A stretch of DNA of 44,427 bases from Gemmatimonadota bacterium (GTDB lineage Bacteria > Gemmatimonadota > Gemmatimonadetes > Gemmatimonadales > GWC2-71-9): NCBI GenBank assembly GCA_003221995.1, contig QHUR01000033.1, positions 1 through 44,427 of the forward strand, in the 5' to 3' direction. The translations under genes were made by a program, and so were the position numbers. Each line of letters begins with the position of its first letter. The stretch's first letter is position 1. Below are positions 19,664 through 27,806 of the stretch, piece by piece. The notes beneath the pieces are model-generated. The model was given only the letters and a program-made list of their open reading frames with translations, did not search any database and was not told where the DNA came from.

Positions 19664-20651
19664 TCGGCGCGAGGTCCCGACCCCCGAACTCCGCTGCCCC
19701 ACGTGCCGGGCGGAGCTCGATCGGTTCTGGTCGTACTGCTCCGATTGCGGGCGCCGGCTCGAGTGGCGGGACGTCACCCGGGAGACCGGGGCCGAGTGCT
19801 ACTACTGCGGCTGGGTCGTCTCGGACAGCTTCTCTCACTGCCCGTGGTGCGGGCGCGACATCGCGGACCGGGACTCGAGCCCCGAGCCGCTCAAGGCGCC
19901 GAAGGGGTTCAAGTACCACCGCCGCTGCCGCTGGGGTTGCGGCGGTGGTGTGATGTATCCGATGCGCTACTGCCCGTGGTGCGGCCGGCCCGAGAAGTGG
20001 CGCCACGACGAGTTCCAGAACGTCTGCCCCCACTGCAACAAGGGCGTGGACGACTGGATGAACTGGTGTCCCTGGTGCGGCGAGGATTCCACCGGACAGG
20101 ACCTCGTCCGCCAGGCGCTCGCCCGGGCGCGCCGGCTGCTCGTGACGACGCGGATCAAGGACTGGCATTACCGCGTGTTGCTGCGGCCCGGCGTGTCGGG
20201 TGTCACGCACAGCTCGCCCAAGGTGATCGAGATCGAGCGGCGTTATGTGACGGGGAAACGGCGGCGCGACGAGATCTCCTGGACCATGCTCACGGGGCTC
20301 ATCCTGCACGAGCTCGGGCACTCGTTCCTGTTCCACAACTGGCGGTTGACCCGCACCGGCCGGTTCCGGCGGGCGTTCGGCGAAGTGCGCAAGGCCTACC
20401 GCGTGTCGGACTCGAAGTGGGTGGACTTCGAGATGCGCCACGTGACGACGACCTTGCCGAACTACGTCACCGCCTACGCGGCGACCCACCCGCAGGAGGA
20501 CTTCGCGGAGACGTTTCGCGTGTACGTCGTGCGGCGGGGCCGGCTGCGGGAGCTCTTCGGCGAGTTTGGCCGGAAGCGCAAGGGCGTGGTGCTGTTCGAG
20601 AAGTTCCTCGTGCTGCACGACTACGTGCGGTCGCTGTGGGGCTGGCGATGA
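19656..20651 (+). CDS. Four-zinc-ribbon protein fused to a putative zinc-binding metallopeptidase (Peptidase_Mx-like)
   Basis: Four paired CxxC units (CPTC/CSDC, CYYC/CPWC, CRWGC/CPWC, CPHC/CPWC), then HELGH and YAATHPQEDFAETF. Confidence 0.85.
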   Translation: MASRREVPTPELRCPTCRAELDRFWSYCSDCGRRLEWRDVTRETGAECYYCGWVVSDSFSHCPWCGRDIADRDSSPEPLKAPKGFKYHRRCRWGCGGGVMYPMRYCPWCGRPEKWRHDEFQNVCPHCNKGVDDWMNWCPWCGEDSTGQDLVRQALARARRLLVTTRIKDWHYRVLLRPGVSGVTHSSPKVIEIERRYVTGKRRRDEISWTMLTGLILHELGHSFLFHNWRLTRTGRFRRAFGEVRKAYRVSDSKWVDFEMRHVTTTLPNYVTAYAATHPQEDFAETFRVYVVRRGRLRELFGEFGRKRKGVVLFEKFLVLHDYVRSLWGWR

Positions 20652-21403
20652 AAGGCCGGGGACGAGGGAAGGGGGAAGCGGGACAGGGGAAGGGGCCTGC
20701 GGCGGGGGCGAAGCACATCGGGATCGTGGGGGTGAGCGCCGAGGGGGCGGCGCTGTGCTATCGCACGATCTGCAGCGAGGCGCCGCGCGTGATGGGGGAG
20801 CACAGCCATCCCGAAGTCACGCTCCATACCCACCCGCTCGCCGACTACATGCGTCACATCCGCCGTCACGACTGGCGGGGCGTCGCGGACTTGATGCTCT
20901 CGTCGGCCCGCAAGGCGGCGCAGGTCGGCGCCGCGTTCGTCATCTGCCCGGACAACACGGTCCATCAGGCGTTCGCGCTGGTGGAGCCCGAGTCCCCCAT
21001 CCCCTGGCTCCACATCGGCCGGGTCGTCGCTCGGGAGGCCGAGGGTCGCGGCTTCCGGCGGCTCGGGATCCTGGGCACGCGGTACCTGATGGAGGGCCCC
21101 GTCTACCCCGAGGCGCTCCAGCCCGCCGGGATCGCGACTTTGACCCCGGAGCCCTCCGAGCGCGCGCGCATCGACGCGATCATCATGGAGGAGCTCGTGA
21201 ACGGCCGCTTCCTCGAAGCGTCGCGGGCGTACTTCCATGACGTGATCACGGCGCTGGGCCGACGCGGCTGCGATGGCGTGGTCCTCGGCTGCACCGAGAT
21301 CCCGCTCATCGTCCGCGACGGCGCGGCCCCTCTCCCGGCGCTCGATTCGACCCGGCTGCTCGCGCGGGCGGCGCTGCGGGAGGCGGGCCTCACGCTCGGC
21401 TGA
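20648..21403 (+). CDS. Aspartate/glutamate racemase family protein
   Basis: HIGIVG, ICPDNTVH, LGILGT, VLGCTEIP, LDSTRLLA; ATG overlaps the peptidase stop (ATGA). Confidence 0.9.
   Translation: MKGRGRGKGEAGQGKGPAAGAKHIGIVGVSAEGAALCYRTICSEAPRVMGEHSHPEVTLHTHPLADYMRHIRRHDWRGVADLMLSSARKAAQVGAAFVICPDNTVHQAFALVEPESPIPWLHIGRVVAREAEGRGFRRLGILGTRYLMEGPVYPEALQPAGIATLTPEPSERARIDAIIMEELVNGRFLEASRAYFHDVITALGRRGCDGVVLGCTEIPLIVRDGAAPLPALDSTRLLARAALREAGLTLG
20659..20693 (+). repeat. Degenerate 7-bp tandem array (GGGAMGN-like x5)
   Basis: GGGACGA GGGAAGG GGGAAGC GGGACAG GGGAAGG. Confidence 0.75.
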
Positions 21404-23072
21404 CTCTCGCCACCTCCTTCAGGTACGCCCGCGACTGCGCCACGTGCTTCGCGTAGTCGGCGATCTCCTCGGAGCGGCGGGCCGCGTCCCAGCCAAGCAG
21501 CTCGCCCACATGGTCCGCGACGGCACTCGTCGCGGGCATCGCCTGGTCCCGGGTCTCGGAGAAGAGGTGCAGCCGGCGCATGAGCACGTCCGCGAGCCGC
21601 AGCGCCATCTCCCGCTCCACGGCGTGCGTCACTTCGGCCCAGATCTCCGGCCGGCCGGGGACGATCGGCTTTCCGAGGGCGCGGTCGCGCTCCACGAGGT
21701 TCAGCACCGCCGCGGCTTCGCTGCCGTAGGCCTGCACCAGATGGCGCGCCGTGGGCTCCGGGACCTCGCGGGCACGGGCCGCCTCGACGAGCACGTCGAG
21801 ATCCGCCGCCTCGCCGCCCGGCAACGGCACGCGATCGGTGGGGGGCCGGCGCGGGATCGGCCGGCCATCGAGCTGGTGCAGTCGCCGGGCCACGCGGTCG
21901 ACCATGTCGCGCCCCATGACGCGAAACGTCGTGAGCTTGCCGCCGGCGATGGTGATCAGACCGCTGGCGCTCTCGACGATGCGGTGCTCCCGGGACACCG
22001 CCGACGCCGCGAGCTCGCGCTCGGGAGCGAGCAGGGGTCGCAGTCCCGCCCAGCTGCAGATCACGTCGTGCGGGGCGAGGCGGGCCTGCGGAAAGAACGC
22101 GTTCGCCGAGCGCAGCAGGTAGACGACGTCGCTGCCGGAGGCCCGCACGTCGTCGGGCTGGGCAACGTCGTCCGTGTCGGTGGTCCCGACGTAGCTCAGG
22201 TCTCCCCAGGGCAGCACGAACATCACTCGCCCGTCGATCGGTGAGGTCAGGGTCACCGCGTGCGTATTCCCGATCCGCGCGCGGGGCACGGCGACGTGCG
22301 CGCCCTTCGTGAGGCGGAGGAGCGGCGGGGCCTGCGGGTCGTCGAGCCGGCGCAGGGCATCCACCCAGGGTCCCGTCGCGTTCACCACGATCAAGGCGCG
22401 CACCGTCCGGGCCTCGCCGGTGATCGCGTCCCGCACCATCGCGCCTCGCACGTGGCCGTCGGGACGAACGAGGCTCGTCACCTCGGTGTAGTTCGCGACC
22501 AGCGCGCCGGCCTGGGCCGCGCCGCGGATGGCGGCCAGCACCAGCCGCGCGTCGTCGGCCTGCGCATCGTAGTACAGCGCCGCACCCACTAGGCCCCGCT
22601 GCCGCAGGCCCGGCTCGGCCTTGAGCGCGGCCCGCCGGCCCAGCCAGCGGTGCAGGCGCACGTTGCGGAAGGCGGCGAGCAGGTCGTACAGCCACATGCC
22701 CGCCCACAGCCGCCAGGCCGGTACCCGCGCACCACGGTAGACGGGGAACAGGAATGCGAGCGGCCGGACGAGATGCGGCGCCAGGTCGAGCAGCAGGCGC
22801 CGCTCGCGGCTTGCTTCCCGCACGAGGTGAAAGTCGTACTGCTCGAGATAGCGCAAACCCCCGTGGATCAGGCGCGACGAGCGCGACGACGTCGCGCCGG
22901 CGAAGTCGCCCTTGTCCACCAGCGCCGTGCGGAAGCCGCGCAGCGCCGCATCGCGCGCGATTCCGGCGCCCGTGATCCCGCCGCCGATGACGAATACATC
23001 CACGGGCTCAGCGGCCATCGATGCGAGCGCGCGGGCGCGCGTGCGCTGCGAGAACGGTGTCTCAGCCGCCAA
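21390..23072 (-). CDS. glpD: FAD-dependent glycerol-3-phosphate dehydrogenase/oxidase
   Basis: IGGGITGAGIARDAA, TSSRSSRLIHGGLRYLE, DDARL, VNATGPW, GTTD, WAGLRPL, GGKLTTFR. Confidence 0.92.
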   Translation of the reverse strand: MAAETPFSQRTRARALASMAAEPVDVFVIGGGITGAGIARDAALRGFRTALVDKGDFAGATSSRSSRLIHGGLRYLEQYDFHLVREASRERRLLLDLAPHLVRPLAFLFPVYRGARVPAWRLWAGMWLYDLLAAFRNVRLHRWLGRRAALKAEPGLRQRGLVGAALYYDAQADDARLVLAAIRGAAQAGALVANYTEVTSLVRPDGHVRGAMVRDAITGEARTVRALIVVNATGPWVDALRRLDDPQAPPLLRLTKGAHVAVPRARIGNTHAVTLTSPIDGRVMFVLPWGDLSYVGTTDTDDVAQPDDVRASGSDVVYLLRSANAFFPQARLAPHDVICSWAGLRPLLAPERELAASAVSREHRIVESASGLITIAGGKLTTFRVMGRDMVDRVARRLHQLDGRPIPRRPPTDRVPLPGGEAADLDVLVEAARAREVPEPTARHLVQAYGSEAAAVLNLVERDRALGKPIVPGRPEIWAEVTHAVEREMALRLADVLMRRLHLFSETRDQAMPATSAVADHVGELLGWDAARRSEEIADYAKHVAQSRAYLKEVARVSRA

Positions 23073-23093
23073 CTCCCCTCCCCTCAGAGCCGA

Positions 23094-23102
23094 TGCTAGC
23101 TT
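23094..23102 (+). promoter_or_regulatory. Putative extended -10 promoter for fadI-fadJ
   Basis: TGcTAGCTT (TGn-TAnnnT) upstream of SD AAGGGAG and the ATG at 23129. Confidence 0.4.
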
Positions 23103-23128
23103 TCCACCGGGCGCGAAGGGAGAATGTA

Positions 23129-24388
23129 ATGCCGGGTGGAAACGGACGGCGCGTCGCCGTGGTCGCCGGATGTCGCACGCCGTTCTGCAGGGCGGGCACC
23201 GTGCTGAAGGACGTGCGCGCCGTCGATCTCGCGCGGCTCGCTGCGCGCGAGCTCGTGCACCGTACGAATCTCGACGGCGCGGAGGTGGACCAGGTCATTT
23301 GGGGCCAGGTCGTCCCATCGGCCCTGGTCCCCAATGTCGGCCGCGAGGTCAGCCTGCTGCCGCAGTTCCCGAAGGAGATCCCCGCCTACTCCCTCAACCG
23401 CGCTTGCGCCTCCGCCAACCAGGCCGTCACCGCCGCTCACGACCAGATCGTGCTGGGCCACGCGGACGTGATCCTGGCGGGGGGCGTCGAGAGCCTCTCC
23501 GACATTCCCATCCTGGCCTCGCGCCGCCTCGCCGACATCCTGGTCGAGGCGAGCAAGGCCAAGACGGCCGTGCAGCGCGTGAAGGCCTTTGCGAAGATGC
23601 GGCCGCGCGACTTGATCCCCGTGTCCCCGGCGATCGCCGAGCCGTCCACAGGCGAGACGATGGGCCAATCGGCCGAGAAGATGGCCAAGGAAAACCGCAT
23701 CTCCCGCGAGGCCCAGGACCGCTGGGCCCTGCGCAGCCATCAGCTCGCCGCGCAGGGCAGCGCCGACGGCCGGCTCACCGCGGAGATCGTGCCGGTCTTC
23801 CCGAGCCGTCCCGGCGACCCGATCGTCACGGAGGACAACGGCATCCGGCGCGACACGTCGCTCGAGCAGATGGCCAAGCTCAAGCCCGTGTTCGACCGCC
23901 GCTATGGCAGCGTCACCGCCGCGAACTCCTCGCCCCTCACGGACGGCGCTGCGGCGGTGCTCCTGATGAACGGCGAGGCCGCCCGGGCCCTCGGATACGA
24001 GCCGCTTGCCTACGTGCGCTCCTACGCGATCGGGGCGGTGGATCCGGGGTGGCAGCTGCTGCAGGCGCCGGTGTTCACGGTCCCCCGGGCGCTGGAGCGG
24101 GCCGGCGTCGCGTGGAAGGACCTGGGGCTGATCGAGATCCACGAGGCCTTCGCCGCCCAGGTGCTCTCCAACCTGAAGGGCTTCGAGGAGCGGGGCTGGG
24201 AGATCAACGAGGACATCATCAACGTGATGGGCGGCTCCATCGCGATCGGGCATCCCTTCGGCGCCACGGGCGGCCGGCTCGTCACCACGCTCGCGAACGA
24301 GATGAAGCGACGCGACGTGCAATTCGGGCTCATCTCGGTGTGCGCGCAGGGCGGGATGGCGTCCGCCATCGTGCTGGAGCGGCGCTGA
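23129..24388 (+). CDS. fadI: Acetyl-CoA C-acyltransferase (thiolase, FadI type)
   Basis: NRACAS, NSSPLTDGA, HEAFAAQ, GHPFGATG, CAQGG; SD AAGGGAG before the ATG at 23129. Confidence 0.92.
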   Translation: MPGGNGRRVAVVAGCRTPFCRAGTVLKDVRAVDLARLAARELVHRTNLDGAEVDQVIWGQVVPSALVPNVGREVSLLPQFPKEIPAYSLNRACASANQAVTAAHDQIVLGHADVILAGGVESLSDIPILASRRLADILVEASKAKTAVQRVKAFAKMRPRDLIPVSPAIAEPSTGETMGQSAEKMAKENRISREAQDRWALRSHQLAAQGSADGRLTAEIVPVFPSRPGDPIVTEDNGIRRDTSLEQMAKLKPVFDRRYGSVTAANSSPLTDGAAAVLLMNGEAARALGYEPLAYVRSYAIGAVDPGWQLLQAPVFTVPRALERAGVAWKDLGLIEIHEAFAAQVLSNLKGFEERGWEINEDIINVMGGSIAIGHPFGATGGRLVTTLANEMKRRDVQFGLISVCAQGGMASAIVLERR

Positions 24389-26517
24389 TGCCGGGACCGG
24401 CGCTCACCTGGGAGCTCGCCGACGGCGTCGCCATCGTCACGTTCGACCTGAAGGACTCCCCAGTCAACAAGTTTTCCCGCGCGGTGAAGGACGAGTTCCT
24501 TGCCACGTTCACGGCGCTGGAGCAGGACCGCGCGGTGCGGGCGATCGCCGTGTTCTCGGGCAAGCCCGACAACTTCATCGCGGGCGCGGACATCGAGGAG
24601 TTCGTGACGATCGGGAGCGCCGCCGAGGCCGAGCGACTGGCGGCCGAGGGACAGGAGATGATGGACCGCGTGACGCGCTTCCCGAAGCCCGTCGCCGTCG
24701 GCATCCATGGCGCCTGTCTCGGCGGAGGACTCGAGTTCGCGCTCGCCTGCCACTACCGCGTCGCCACGGACCATCCCAAGACCCAGCTCGGCCTGCCCGA
24801 GGTGCAGCTCGGCATCCTCCCGGGGGCGAGCGGGTGCCAGCGGCTGCCGCGGCTGATCGGCGCACGGGCGGCGCTCGACATCATCCTCGCCGGCAGAAGC
24901 GAGCGGGCGCCCAAGGCGTTCCGGCTCGGGATGGTGGACGAGCTGGTGCACCCGGCGATCCTGCAGGACATCACCATCGCGGCCGCGCGGCGCCTCGCGG
25001 ACGGCTGGCGTCCCAGGCGGCGGCGCCCGGGCGGCGTGCTCGCCTGGCTGCTCGACCGAAACCCGCTCGGCCGCCGCTTGGTGTTTCGCACGGCGCGCCG
25101 GCAGGTGCTGGAGCGCACCAAAGGCCACTACCCCGCGCCGCTCGCGGCGCTCGAGGCGGTCGAGCACGGACTGAAGCACGGTATGGCGGAAGGGCTGAAA
25201 CGGGAGGCCCGGCTGTTCGGGCAGCTCGCGGTCACCGACGTCTCCCGCAAGCTCGTCCAGATCTTCTTCGCCACGACCCAGCTCAAGAAGGACTTCGGCC
25301 TCCCCAACGCCCCGCCGCCCACGGCGGTGCAGCGGCTGGCGATCGTGGGCGCCGGCTTCATGGGGTCGGGCATCGCGGGCACGGCGATCGTGCAGGCGGG
25401 CGTCGACGTGCGCATGAAGGACGCGGACCTGCCCCGCGTGGCCAAGGGGCTCGCGGCCGCCCGCGCGCTGCTCGACGATCGGCTGCGACGCCGCCGCATC
25501 GCGAAGTACGAGTATGCGCGCCTCGCTGCACTGCTCTCGGGCGGGGACGGCTACGCCGGCTTCGGGCGCGCCGACCTCGTCATCGAAGCGGTGTTCGAGG
25601 ACCTGAGCGTGAAGCAGCAGGTGCTGCGCGAGGTGGAAGCGGCGGCGCGGGACGACGCCGTGTTCGCGTCGAACACCTCGACGATCCCCATCGCGCGCAT
25701 CGCGGAGGCGGCGCGCCGGCCGGAGCGCGTGATCGGCATGCACTTCTTCTCGCCCGTCGACCGGATGCCGCTGCTCGAGGTCATTCCCGCGGCGCGCACC
25801 GCGCCGGGCGTCGTGAGCACTGCGGTCGGCTTCGGGCGGCGCCTAGGGAAGACGGTGATCGTCGTGAAGGACAGCCCCGGGTTCTGGGTGAACCGCATCC
25901 TCGCCCCGTACGCGAACGAGGTCGGGCACCTGCTCGCCGAGGGTGCCTCGATCGAGGAGATCGACGCGGCGGCGGTGGGGTTCGGGTTTCCGGTCGGGCC
26001 CGTCACGCTGCTCGACGAGGTGGGGCTCGACGTGGCGGAGAAGGTGAGCCAGGTGATGGGCGCGGCGTTCGGGGAGCGGCTGCAGGCGACCGCCGGCGTG
26101 ACGGCGCTCGTGAAGGCGGGCCGCCTCGGGCGCAAGTCGGGGCGCGGGTTCTACCGCTACGGCGGCGGCAAGAAGCGGGGCGTGGACCCCGCCGTGTACG
26201 AGCTGCTCGGCGTCCACCCCAACGGCGGCCCCCGCCTCGCCGAGATCCTGCAACGCCTCGTGGACGGCATGCTGAACGAGGCCGCGCGGGCGGTCGGCGA
26301 CGGCGTGGTGGGCACCCCTCGCGACGGCGACATCGGGGCCATCTTCGGCTTCGGCTTCCCACCGTTCCGGGGCGGCCCGCTCCGCCACGCGGACGACCTG
26401 GGCGCGGCCCGACTCGTCGCCGAGCTGGAGCGGCTCGCCGAGCGCTACGGCCCGCGCTTCGCCCCCTGCGAGGTGCTGCAAGAGCAGGCGCGCCGCGGCT
26501 CCAAGTTCTATCCCTGA
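24388..26517 (+). CDS. fadJ: Fatty acid oxidation complex subunit alpha (enoyl-CoA hydratase / 3-hydroxyacyl-CoA dehydrogenase)
   Basis: FIAGADI, GGGLEFAL, LPEVQLGILPG, VGAGFMGSGIA, SNTSTIPI, GMHFFSPV, GFPPFRGGP; ATG at 24388 overlaps the fadI stop. Confidence 0.93.
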   Translation: MPGPALTWELADGVAIVTFDLKDSPVNKFSRAVKDEFLATFTALEQDRAVRAIAVFSGKPDNFIAGADIEEFVTIGSAAEAERLAAEGQEMMDRVTRFPKPVAVGIHGACLGGGLEFALACHYRVATDHPKTQLGLPEVQLGILPGASGCQRLPRLIGARAALDIILAGRSERAPKAFRLGMVDELVHPAILQDITIAAARRLADGWRPRRRRPGGVLAWLLDRNPLGRRLVFRTARRQVLERTKGHYPAPLAALEAVEHGLKHGMAEGLKREARLFGQLAVTDVSRKLVQIFFATTQLKKDFGLPNAPPPTAVQRLAIVGAGFMGSGIAGTAIVQAGVDVRMKDADLPRVAKGLAAARALLDDRLRRRRIAKYEYARLAALLSGGDGYAGFGRADLVIEAVFEDLSVKQQVLREVEAAARDDAVFASNTSTIPIARIAEAARRPERVIGMHFFSPVDRMPLLEVIPAARTAPGVVSTAVGFGRRLGKTVIVVKDSPGFWVNRILAPYANEVGHLLAEGASIEEIDAAAVGFGFPVGPVTLLDEVGLDVAEKVSQVMGAAFGERLQATAGVTALVKAGRLGRKSGRGFYRYGGGKKRGVDPAVYELLGVHPNGGPRLAEILQRLVDGMLNEAARAVGDGVVGTPRDGDIGAIFGFGFPPFRGGPLRHADDLGAARLVAELERLAERYGPRFAPCEVLQEQARRGSKFYP

Positions 26518-26545
26518 CGCCTGACGCCTGACACCTAGCACCTAG
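26513..26545 (+). repeat. 7-bp tandem array filling the fadJ / proline dehydrogenase junction
   Basis: CCTGACG CCTGACG CCTGACA CCTAGCA CCTAG. Confidence 0.85.
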
Positions 26546-27477
26546 TGCTCCGCGCCGGCCTCCTCTGGCTCAGCGAGCAACCCCGAGTCTTCGCGTTCGT
26601 CCGGGGGAATGGCCTGGCTCGTCGCTTCGCGGCGCGGTTCGTCGCGGGAGAAACGGTCGACGACGCCGTCGCCGCCCTGAAGCTGCTCAACGCGGCCGGC
26701 ATCTCGGCCAGCCTGGATCTCCTGGGAGAGGCGGTGAGCGGTGCCGCCGAGGCGCGGGCGGCTCGGGACGTCTACCTCCAGACGCTCGACCGAATCCACG
26801 GCGCGCGCGCCGACGGCCACGTGTCGGTGAAGCTGACGCAGATGGGGCTGGACAGCGACGAAGGCCTGTGCGTCGACAACGTCCGCGCCATCGCCGCGCG
26901 GGCCCGCCAGTACGACTCGTTCGTGCGCATCGACATGGAAGGCTCGGCCTACACCGAGATGACCCTGCGGCTCTTCACGGAACGCTTCCACCCCGAGTTC
27001 GGCAACGCGGTCGGCGTGGTGCTGCAGTCCTATCTGCGGCGCACTGAGCGCGACGTGGCGGACATGATCGCCCGGGGGGCCCGGGTGCGGCTCTGCAAGG
27101 GCGCCTACAAGGAGCCGCCCGAGGTCGCCTTCCCGGCCAAGCGCGATGTGGATGCGAGCTACGTCCGCTGCATGGAGCAGTTGCTCGAGCGTGGTACCTA
27201 CCCCGGGATCGCGACCCACGACGTCAGGATCATCGCGCACGCGAAGGCGTTCGCGCGCCGGCGAGGCATCGCGCCGGCCCGGTTCGAGTTCCAGATGCTG
27301 TACGGCGTGCGGCGCGACCTGCAGCACGCGCTCCGGCGCGAGGGCTGGAACGTCCGCGTCTACGTCCCGTTCGGGGAACAGTGGTATCCTTACCTCATGC
27401 GCCGTCTCGCCGAGCGCCCGGCCAACATCGCGTTCCTGCTGGGCAACATCGTGAAGGAGTCTGTACGCCTGAGCTGA
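26545..27477 (+). CDS. Proline dehydrogenase (monofunctional)
   Basis: RFVAGE, LDLLGE, SVKLTQMG, RIDME, RLCKGAY, IATHD, FQMLYG, YLMRRLAERPAN. Confidence 0.95.
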   Translation: MLRAGLLWLSEQPRVFAFVRGNGLARRFAARFVAGETVDDAVAALKLLNAAGISASLDLLGEAVSGAAEARAARDVYLQTLDRIHGARADGHVSVKLTQMGLDSDEGLCVDNVRAIAARARQYDSFVRIDMEGSAYTEMTLRLFTERFHPEFGNAVGVVLQSYLRRTERDVADMIARGARVRLCKGAYKEPPEVAFPAKRDVDASYVRCMEQLLERGTYPGIATHDVRIIAHAKAFARRRGIAPARFEFQMLYGVRRDLQHALRREGWNVRVYVPFGEQWYPYLMRRLAERPANIAFLLGNIVKESVRLS

Positions 27478-27806
27478 CGGACCTCACCCTCGGCGGCTAC
27501 CAGCGGGTGCACGAGCGCGCGCCCGCCTTCGGCGGCAAGGATGGCCGATCCTACTCCGTCGCCACGTTCGTGGACGACACGCCGGACCAGGGCGGACGCT
27601 ACGGGGCCGCGCTGCTCTTTGTCCGGTGGTCCGAGGCGGGGGACCGCCCCGTCGGCCATCTCGAGACCGATTACATCGCCTACGGGCGGACGCCTGCGGA
27701 GGCGCTCGCCCCGCTGCTCGCACTCACGCTGCACGACCTGAAGACGCACCTCGACGCCTGTGTCGAAGGCGAGGGAACGGGGAAGCGGGAAGGGGGGAGG
27801 GTGTGA
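27474..27806 (+). CDS. Hypothetical protein (~110 aa)
   Basis: LTDLTLGGY...HERAPAFGG.DG.SYSV...LLFVRW...GHLETDY fills the gap between proline dehydrogenase and rsgA; start is either CTG 27474 or GTG 27381. Confidence 0.7.
   Translation: MTDLTLGGYQRVHERAPAFGGKDGRSYSVATFVDDTPDQGGRYGAALLFVRWSEAGDRPVGHLETDYIAYGRTPAEALAPLLALTLHDLKTHLDACVEGEGTGKREGGRV
27773..27800 (+). repeat. Degenerate 7-bp tandem array (GGGAAGN-like x4)
   Basis: GGGAACG GGGAAGC GGGAAGG GGGGAGG, same consensus as 20659-20693. Confidence 0.7.

Noticed and set aside
19703-20647. Long N-terminal extension on the racemase (566-aa ORF); similar extensions on sufS, the ABC ATPase, queG, rsgA and pfpI
   Set aside because: These are open shadow frames over the upstream genes caused by high GC; the real starts are at the stop/start overlaps.
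22912-26517. 1201-aa ORF read as a thiolase-FadJ fusion
   Set aside because: The first 492 codons are an off-frame, Arg/Pro-rich shadow of fadI; FadJ homology begins at ATG 24388.
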